Shown here: piece after piece, positions 1-7,099 of the stretch
Layout: the number at the start of each line of letters is the position of its first letter
Position numbering within the stretch: position 1 is the first letter of the stretch
From: Takakia lepidozioides
Taxonomy: Eukaryota > Plantae > Bryophyta
Direction of reading: 5' to 3'
Length of the DNA stretch: 7,099 nucleotides
NCBI GenBank assembly: GCA_030704615.1
Contig: JAKLZA010000245.1
Location: forward strand, 1 to 7,099
Program-made: the position numbers and the translations under genes
Notes under the pieces: generated by a model
What the model saw: the letters and a program-made list of their open reading frames with translations, nothing else
Databases searched by the model: none
Told to the model about the DNA's origin: nothing

Positions 1-1177
1 TCAGGGGTGCTTGTGGGACACATTGTGTGTAAGAAGGGACTCCTTGTGGATCCCAGAAAGATAGAGTCCATTAAAGCATCTCCACCACCAGTGAATGTTA
101 AAAGTCTACGGAGATTCCTTGGGCAAACCAGTTATTACAGGAGATTTGTCAAAAGGTATGCACAAATAGCAGCACCATTGAGCAAACTACTGAAGAAAGA
201 TGCAGTGTTTGCCTGGACAGCGGAATGTCAACAGGCATTTGAGGAACTTACACTGTCAGTAACAACTACACCTGTACTGATTAACCCTCACTGGCATGTA
301 GTATTCCATGTTCATTGCGATGCATCAGGAGAAGCGTTGGGAGCGGTGTTAGCCCAGAATGTTACAGGGAATATAGATTCACCTGTGTACTATGCTAGCC
401 GGTTGATGAACAGTGCTGAGAGGAACTATAGCACAACGGAAAGAGAAGCATTGGCAATGATTTATGCAGTCAAGAAATTCAGGCATTACCTATTGGGAAG
501 AAAATTTATGTTTTATGTGGATCACCAGGCTCTGATATATCTGGTGAACAAACCTTTGATAAGTGGAAGGATAGCGAGGTGGTTAATAATCTTGCATGAG
601 TTTGAGTTCGAGGTTATTTACAAGCCTGGCCGTTTGCATCTTGTGGCAGATCATTTGTCACGACTAACAACAGGAGAGGCCGCCACAGGAGTGGACGATC
701 AGTTACCTGATGCGAGTTTATTTGTAATGGAGGTGCAAGGAAGTGCAGATGAATGGTTAGATTGGCAGTGGCCAATCAGATACTACCTTGCTCATGGTCA
801 GTGCCCACCTAGTTATGGTAAGGAGCAGAGGAAGAGAATTGCTATCAAAGCTTTACCTTATACTATGGTAGGAAGCAGAATGTATAAGTTAGGACCTGAT
901 GGAGTACTAAAACGATGCTTGTACCACCATGAAGTAAATAAAGTCTTGGAGGAAGTTCATAAAGGAGTGGCTGGAGGTCATTTTGGAGAAGAGACTACCA
1001 GTAGAAAGATACTACTCGCAGGATACTGGTGGCCTACTTTGTTCAAAGATGTACACGAGTATTGTCAGAAGTGTGATGAATGTCAGAGGCTAGGACCTTT
1101 GCAGAGATCTGGAAGGATGGCCTTGCATCCTACAATGCCTACGGAACCATTTCAGAAATGGGGACTAGACTTTGTGG
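1..1177 (+). CDS. pol: Pol polyprotein, partial: RT C-terminus/connection, RNase H, integrase zinc-binding domain and first catalytic Asp
   Basis: Frame 1 is open from base 1. RT/connection motifs: GHIVCKKGLLVDPRKI, LRRFLGQTSYYRRFV, IAAPLSKLLKKD. RNase H motifs: HCDASGEALGAVLAQ (D at 319), NYSTTEREALA, VDHQAL, VADHLSR (D at 649). Zinc finger H-X6-H-X30-C-X2-C at 958-1083. WGLDFV has D at 1168. Confidence 0.96.
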
Positions 1178-1826
1178 ACCAATTAATCCACCATCCAAGA
1201 ATACACGAAACAGGTACATAATTACAGCCACTGATTATACTACAAAGTGGGTGGAAGCTAAAGCTTTGAGGGACAACACAGCCAAGTCCACAGCAAGGTT
1301 CTTGTACGAGAACATACTTACACGATTTGGCTGTCCCTTAGAATTTATCAGTGATCAAGGAAGTCACTTCATGAATGAGACCATTGAGTTGTTGACTAAA
1401 GAGTTTATGATTGTGCATAGAAAGAGTACAACATATTACCCACAGGGTAATGGGCAGGCAGAGGCTACCAACAAAATACTATGTACTATCTTGGCTAAGA
1501 TAGTCAATGCAAACAGAACGGATTGGGATACAAAGCTGCTGACAGCTTTGTGGTCATACAGGACCTCATATAAAGTCACCACTAAGTATACACCATTCCA
1601 ATTAGTTTATGGCATGGAAGCCTTACTTCCAGTGGAATTCCTGTTACCTACCATGAGAACGGAGTGGGGAAAAAGAATGGAATTGCAAGACTCCATCAAG
1701 GTCAGGAAACATGAATTATACCATGTGGAAGAAGTACGTGCTGATGCAGTTGATAATATGACCAGAATTCAGATGAAGCGAAAGGAACAGTTTGATGAAG
1801 GCAAGATAAAGACTTTTAAGACGGGG
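1176..1826 (+). CDS. pol: Pol polyprotein continued after a 1-nt frameshift: integrase catalytic core (rve)
   Basis: Frame 3 reads GPINPP..RYIITATDYTTKWVEA, SDQGSHF (D at 1353), YYPQGNGQAE (E at 1461; exactly 35 residues between D and E), LWSYRTSYK..T..TPFQLVYG. Adding one G to GG at 1176-1177 restores DFVGPI. Confidence 0.95.
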
Positions 1827-1995
1827 ATTGACTCTATGGTTGCAGAAGAAAGGAAAGATTCAAGCTTCTAAGCTTAAATCACCGTGGAAAGGACTTAGGT
1901 CATACAAAGATGTATGATAACAACACCGCCATGTTACAAACCATTAACAAAGAAACGCTGGGAAGAGTCAATGCAAATAAGTTGAAGGGTACAGT
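1821..1995 (+). pseudogene. pol: Integrase C-terminal GPY/F module, copy 1 (frameshifted)
   Basis: Repairing short indels against copy 2 gives FKTGDLTLWLQKKGKIQASKLKSPWKGPYVIQKMYDNNTAMLQTINKETLGRVNANKLKGY. This fits the typical F..GD.V / KL.P.W.GPY / VN...LK.Y pattern. Confidence 0.85.
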
Positions 1996-2871
1996 GGTAT
2001 CCATGACAAACCCCTGCAGCATGATTTGCATATAGAACTGCCAAGAACAGTCACGGGCTGCACCAGTGTTACGAACGGAGTATGGAACACTGTCGCTAGG
2101 CCCAGCATATATGACCAGGGTGGGCAAAACAAACGTGACACAGCCTATCACAGCCCATCAAGGCGCAACCACAGCCTATCACAGCCCATCACGACGTGAC
2201 AACAGCCTATCACAGCCCATCACGACGTGACACAGCCTATCACAGCCCATCACGACGTGACACAACCTATCACAGCCCAGCAAGGCGCAACACAGCCTAT
2301 CACAGCCCATCACGACGTGACACAGCTATCACAGCCCATCACGACGTGACACAGCCTATCACAGCCCATCACGACGTGACCACAACCTATCACAGCCCAG
2401 CAAGGGCAACACAGCCTATCACAGCCATCACGACGTGACACAACTATCACAGCCCAGCAAGGCGCAACACAGCCTATCACAGCCAGCACGGCGCAACACA
2501 GCCTATCACAACCTACCACAAGCGTGTCACAGCCTATCACAGCTTACCACAGTGCATCACAGCCTATCACAGCGTAACACAGATGGACAAAGCCTGTCAC
2601 AGCTCAACACAGCCTACTAAAGTTACACCATCCATAGAATCAGTGACAAGTGGACACATAATAACTTCAGGAAATGGATGACGGAAGAGGAAACGGAAAT
2701 TACTTAAAAAATAGACACGTGGAGGTCAGGGGCGCGGACAACAGCAGACAATGAAGTGCAAGGACAGGTGTCAAAAAGAAAGAAGACAAGAACGGCCGTC
2801 AAAAGGGATGAAAGCCAGGCCCATTAATGAGTACGGAAAAAGGAACGGACGAACGGCAAGTACAGAAAAGC
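1880..2871 (+). repeat. Tandem duplication unit 1 (~990 bp)
   Basis: Starts CACCGTGGAAAGGAC and ends GAACGGCAAGTACAGAAAAGC. It is colinear and near-identical to 2872-3654 apart from array length and small indels. Confidence 0.95.
2138..2616 (+). repeat. Minisatellite, ~16 x 30 bp (ACACAGCCTA-TCACAGCCCA-TCACGACGTG; variant ending GCAAGGCGCA), built from a 10-bp monomer
   Basis: Units counted by hand. The last four units are degenerate. Confidence 0.95.
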
Positions 2872-2990
2872 CACCATGGAAAGGACCTTATGTCATACAA
2901 AAGATGTATGATAACAACACCGCCATGTTACAAACCATTAACAAAGAAATGCTGGGAAGAGTCAATGCAAATAAGTTGAAGGGGTACAGT
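2872..2990 (+). pseudogene. Duplicated partial GPY/F module, copy 2
   Basis: ORF 2751..3029 contains an uninterrupted PWKGPYVIQKMYDNNTAMLQTINKEMLGRVNANKLKGY. Confidence 0.88.
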
Positions 2991-3131
2991 GGTATCCATG
3001 ACAACCCCTGCAGCATGATTTGCATATAGAACCGCAAGAACAGTCACGGGCTGCACCAGTGTTACGAACGGAGTATGGAACACTGGTCGCTAGGCCCAGC
3101 ATATATGACCATGGTGGGCAAAACAAACGTG

Positions 3132-3396
3132 ACACAGCCTATCACAGCCCATCAAGGCGCAACACGCCTATCACAGCCCACACGACGTGACCAAGCCTAT
3201 CACAGCCCATCACGAGGACACAGCCTATCACAGCCCAGCAGAGGCGCAACACAGCCTATCACAGCCCAGCACGGCGCAACACAACCTATAACAATACCTA
3301 CAGCGGTGTCACAGCCTATCACAGCTTACCACAGTGCATCAACGCCTATCATAGTGTAACACAGTATGACAGCCTGTCACAGCTCAACACAGCCTA
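3132..3396 (+). repeat. Minisatellite, ~9 x 30 bp, second copy of the same array
   Basis: Has the same first unit and the same four degenerate terminal units as 2138-2616. Confidence 0.93.
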
Positions 3397-3865
3397 CTAA
3401 AGTTACACCATCCATAGAATCAGTGACAAGTGGACACATAATAACTTCAGGAAAATGGATGACGGAAGAGGAAACGGAAATTACTTTAAAAATAGACACG
3501 TGGACGTCAGGGCGCGACACACAGCAGACAATGAAGTGCAAGGACAGGTGTCAAAAAGAAAGAAGACAAGAACGGCCGTCAAAGGATGAAAGCCAGGCCC
3601 ATTAATGAGGTACGAAAAAGGGAAACGGAACGAACGGCAAGTACAGAAAAAGCCGAATTCTTCTCACATGTGTGATCCTAGTGGACTATCCAGAGGGAAA
3701 GTCCACTAAAGAAGATAAAATTTAAAATCCAGTACAGCAGATACAGCCAATAGAAAAACCAGAGAAATGATCAAGAAAATAGAGGGAAATTGAGCGCAAG
3801 AGGCGGCGTCGTTTGAGTAACGGCGTCTCGACAGGACAGGCCATAAATGCTATAACTTGAAAACT

Positions 3866-5875
3866 ATGGAGGAACTAACAGACTATACGCTCGCAATATT
3901 ACTTACGCAGTGGCATAGACACGAAAGGACAGAGCAGAGCTTTTCTCTTGAGCAATGCTTGCAAGCCCCGCAGGCTTACAAAATTACCCATAGCTTTCTG
4001 CGGCAACCATACGTTATGCTTGTGCACTACAGGCATTCCTGCAGTTGTTACAGCCAAAGCCAGTTCTGTGAGTCTAAAATGAAGAGAGTGAGAGGAATGG
4101 AGGAAATCAGGTGGAAGAGCACCACAATTCTGCAGAAAACAAACGATGGCTACCCCAAGGCGATAAAGATACTGGAGGAGCTGAGATTGGACTGATTGCA
4201 AAGCCTGGATTGGACACTACACCATAGACAGTACATGTTACAATTTGTGCAGAACTTTGAGCAAGGACAGGAACAACAACGGTGAAGGGAGTTGAATTAA
4301 TGATTACTCCACTATACCTCCAGCAATGTTTCGATTGCCAGCAGGTCAGGTGCATGTGGAGGAACACAGGGCAAGACGCAAATAGGGGACTTATTCCAAG
4401 AAGGAGTTTCTTTAAAAATCAGGTTATGCTTTGTACCAAAGCTGTGTACCCAGGGTTAAAAGAGATAGGCCAGGTATGAATGTTCTAATGGCCCTGAAAC
4501 AGAACCAACAATATTTGAGCAGATCTTACAGAGGAAATACTCAAAGGCCTGAAGGGACAAGAGGGTACATGGGCGGACATAATGTACAACGCACTAGTAG
4601 AGGAGATGAAAAGATTACAAGTTACTACCGCAAAGTCTCCTATCATAGTGTCTGGCCCAATCATTGCTCAAATAATCCTTAATTCCTGGCATACTTAATG
4701 CCACAAGAAAGGAAGGAAATGGGAGTGTTTGAGCCAGAAAACAACTGCAATGGAAGAGCAAGGTCTCCCCAACAGTGAGGGTGGACTAGCAGCCACAACC
4801 CGAGACTAAGAGGCAGAGAAGGGGAAAGGACTTGTCAGTGGCGGATACCACTGGCCTTCACGGATTCCGCATGAAATGTTTCCCAGCTCATGGCCAGGAA
4901 GGGGCACAGCAGCACAGACAAATGCTATTACTGGAAGCAGGGCTTCAAGCAGAGGAGAGGAAGTTACTTCTGCATAGGAAGTTACCCCCCCACCTCAGCA
5001 ACACAGCCACTGAACGACTTGGCACAAGGTCACAAGTTATCCATGCAGCTCAAACCCAAAATAATTGTTGAGAAAGGGAAGGGATAGATATTCCAACTAC
5101 AGAACAGATAGTGGCAGAGCAGAAATAGAGAAGGGGACCTTCTCTAGGAATATTCTGTCGGTCAAGGACAGAAATTCCAGAGGTGCAACAGTTGCCCAAG
5201 GGAAATCCTGAGGTGGATATAACACACACTCTGTGTCCGGAGGTTACCACAGGCGGCAGGTCATGACACTGTAGCACCGGGGATAGATTGAAGTAGTTCA
5301 GGAAGACCAATCCGTGGGACAATGGCCTGAATGGTTAGTGAGACATCATATAGTGAAGATCAGGAGGAACAGCAGCAACCTCACCATGATGACCCTCAAC
5401 AGGCATGCTGATGAGTTCCATAGGCAGGACACTTAATTGTTGGGGAATTATGTCAAATCCCATGTTCCAAGTACCCATTGACAGCCTTGAAAGAGGAACT
5501 CAGGAAGGAGTTTGAGGACTCGATTGCACTCACGGTGCAAACAAGGGCGATGAAGAGGTCACTCTTCTCAAGATGACGAAGGACTTGGGCAATACAGAAC
5601 ATGGCTTTGCAATTGGCCAAGCAAACAATGATTGAGGAGGCCTCGCGCAAGACAGTTGCACGAAGCACCATACGCAACAGCTATACCAATGCAGGTGCAG
5701 CATGAAAGCAAGTTGCAAGCAAATGAATGCACTACACACGGAGTTGCAGACAGTGAATAACCGGATGCGATGCTACATGTGCTACGTTACACCTATGCTT
5801 GACCAATTCTTGTTGTCGCGCGGCTTTACCACCCATCCCTTCGCTTATCCGAGGGGAAACTCCAAGATAGAATAG
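3866..5875 (+). pseudogene. Disrupted extra 3' ORF of the retrotransposon (env-position ORF, unknown function)
   Basis: Joining frames by hand gives ..MEEIRWKSTTILQKTNDGYPKAIKILEELRLD*LQSLDWTLHHRQYMLQFVQNF/ARTGTTTVKGVELMITPLYLQQCF/LPAG..KAVYPGLKEIGQV/MNVLMALKQNQQYLS/DLTEEILKGLKGQEGTWADIMYNALVEEMKRLQVTTAKSPIIVSGPIIAQII.. A low-complexity linker follows, then a helical C-terminus (LTALKEELRKEFEDSIAL..MNALHTELQTVNNRMR..PRGNSKIE*, TAG at 5873-5875). The start is uncertain (ATG at 3866, 4079 or 4097). Confidence 0.65.
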
Positions 5876-6123
5876 TTTGGGAAATCTCTAAGTACTCAGA
5901 CCGCGCAGAACCATCAGTCATGACCTACAGCTAGTGTATCATGGGGGGTTTCCTATTTGTTTCCCTTTTCGCATTCATCTTAGCTACCTTACCTGATAAT
6001 TAAGTATTAGTTGCTTCATCAATCTATCGGTTTCCTTCACTCATGCCATTCATCCACAGCTTCACTCAGATCTCTTACCACAGTGTGATTGTATCGTGTA
6101 AGTATCCATGGATATGATTATCA

Positions 6124-6942
6124 TGGGTATCAGGCCGAAGCCATTATTTTGTCTCTAATTGCGATACAATATCACTACCGCTTTGCATATAACAAGCATT
6201 ACTAATCCTCTTTCCTCCTCACCGTGCTCTCCATTTTTTGCTTCGAGCTACGATCCGCCTGGATAAGAAGTCCTCCTCCGAATAATGATCACCCCTCAAT
6301 TCACCGTTTTTCCCTTATCTTCCTATCCGCAGTTCTAACCGTTTCCCCTCCTAACCGTCGTCTGTGAACTAACAGTTCCCTTCACAGGGGTTGTTTCCCA
6401 CAGTCGTTCCCTGTCCTACTCTTCGTTCCCTATTGATCGTGACAGTTGTGTCAAGCTGTGACTGGCTGTGTGTGAAACTGTGACGGGCGCTGAGGTGTTG
6501 TTCTCTGTGTGCGGTGGTGTGTGGATGTGAGGGCTGTGAAGGATGCGTGTGGGCTGTGTCTGCTTGTGACGGGCTGTGACGGGATTGTGTCGGAATGTGT
6601 TGGAGTGTGTGCTATGATGTGACGGGCTGTGCTGTGACGGGCTGTGTATCTGCGAGTGTGTCGGATGTTGTTGTGTTGTGACGGGCTGTGCTTGTTGTGA
6701 CGGGCGTGTCGGATGTGACTGGCTGTGTTGGCTTGTGTAGGCTGGTGTGACTGGCATGTGTGGCTGTGGTCGGCGTGTGTGGAGCTGTTGTGTGTAACTG
6801 TAACGGGTGTGTTGGCTGAGTGTAACCCTTCTACAGTGCGCTGCTTGTCACCCCTAAGGCTTCTGTAGTCTCAGTCTGTGCAAAAATTAAGGGTACCCTA
6901 AGATCCCGTATAAGTGTCTAAGTCCCCCTACTGTCTCTACCA
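6124..6942 (-). mobile_element. Putative 3' LTR of an oppositely oriented LTR retrotransposon (right end 6942 supported; left end uncertain, roughly 5880-6420)
   Basis: Begins TGGTAGAGAC 3 nt after the PPT. A candidate end ..GATACCCA at 6124 is only an imperfect inverted match. No second LTR copy or TSD is visible in the window. Confidence 0.45.
6439..6824 (-). repeat. Degenerate ~10-bp-period GT-rich array (minus-strand monomer TCACAGCCCG), inverted relative of the 2138/3132 arrays
   Basis: There are four exact TGACGGGCTGTG copies (~6567, 6620, 6635, 6679) plus many variants. The reverse complement CACAGCCCGTCA matches CACAGCCCATCA at 11/12 positions. Confidence 0.85.
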
Positions 6943-6983
6943 TTACCCCTTCCCCCATTCAAAAAGCCGTGTCCTCACGGTTT
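6943..6983 (-). promoter_or_regulatory. Putative polypurine tract with upstream hairpin and T-run of a minus-strand gypsy element
   Basis: The minus strand reads AAA-CCGTG-AGGA-CACGG-C-TTTTT-GAAT-GGGGGAAGGGG-TAA-TG. This is the layout of the common gypsy 3' signature (e.g. CTTGAGGACAAG..TTTT..AAGGGGG..TG). Confidence 0.72.
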
Positions 6984-7099
6984 ATGTTACCGAGTAGCAA
7001 ACCTTTGTGAGTGAGCACCCTGTGACGTTGAGAGTTTCGGGCGGACTGTGGGTACGAGCCCGAGGTCTGTCTCTGGTTGACGGAGATGGTTGATCACTA

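Larger units (their letters stand above)
2872..3654 (+). repeat. Tandem duplication unit 2 (~780 bp)
   Basis: Starts CACCATGGAAAGGAC and ends GAACGGCAAGTACAGAAAAAGCC. It is ~210 bp shorter, matching 7 fewer 30-bp units. Confidence 0.95.
1..5875 (+). mobile_element. Internal region of a Ty3/gypsy LTR retrotransposon (Athila/OTA-like non-chromovirus; 5' part outside window, 3' boundary unresolved)
   Basis: Domain order is RT-RNaseH-INT. The RH-INT linker (ADHLSRL..VDDQLPDASLF..W..IRYYL..G..P...Q.KR...GPDGVLKRC...E...L.E.H.G.AGGHF) resembles Athila-type Pol from memory. An extra 3' sense ORF follows. The lineage call is by eye only. Confidence 0.85.

Noticed and set aside
660-960. Additional archaeal-type RNase H (Ogre/Retand hallmark) between RH and INT
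   Set aside because: The linker is only ~100 aa and lacks a second DG..E..D..D motif set.
1165-1221. Programmed ribosomal frameshift between ORFs 7..1221 and 1080..1871
   Set aside because: The break falls inside the integrase DFVGP motif, there is no X XXY YYZ slippery heptamer, and one missing G explains it.
1900-2540. Minus-strand ORFs 1900..2151 and 2310..2540 (Cys/Val-rich)
   Set aside because: These are antisense shadows of the GPY/F region and the stop-poor minisatellite.
2138-2616. CRISPR-like array
   Set aside because: Units are contiguous tandem repeats with two recurring variants. There are no unique spacers or cas genes, and the context is a retrotransposon.
1995-3654. Chromodomain after the integrase
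   Set aside because: No YLVKW/TWE-type motif appears in the plus-strand translations available.
3899-5739. Short minus-strand ORFs (3899..4201, 4107..4367, 5050..5322, 5453..5677, 5530..5739)
   Set aside because: They have no recognisable motifs, and the plus strand gives the more coherent joined protein.
5943-5948. G6 run as a plus-strand PPT
   Set aside because: It is short, is not embedded in a purine tract, and is not followed by TG within a few bases.
6362-6387. CTGTGAA..TTCACAG stem (and the palindrome AGGGTACCCT at 6890-6899) as terminator or regulatory site
   Set aside because: These are short inverted repeats expected by chance, with no U-tract, in a eukaryotic context.
6439-6824. 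Telomeric TG-type repeat
   Set aside because: There are no TTTAGGG/TTAGGG units. The period is ~10 bp and matches the internal minisatellite.

Overview
This looks like eukaryotic, probably plant-type, LTR-retrotransposon DNA. Positions 1-~1990 (+) encode the 3' part of a Ty3/gypsy pol: the RT C-terminus/connection, RNase H, and an integrase with HHCC, D,D-35-E and GPY/F. It resembles the Athila/non-chromovirus group and is broken by single-base frameshifts in homopolymers. The GPY/F exit region, a 30-bp (3 x 10-bp) tandem array and a purine-rich tail are tandemly duplicated (1880-2871 and 2872-3654; 16 vs 9 repeat units). A heavily frameshifted extra sense ORF follows (~3866-5875). Near 5900-5950 the strand composition flips. 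A degenerate array of the same 10-bp monomer lies in inverted orientation at 6439-6824. A hairpin/T-run/polypurine-tract/TG signature on the minus strand (6941-6983) suggests the 3' LTR of an oppositely oriented gypsy element. The many homopolymer indels suggest long-read errors, so my reconstructed reading frames are provisional. No database searches were run.
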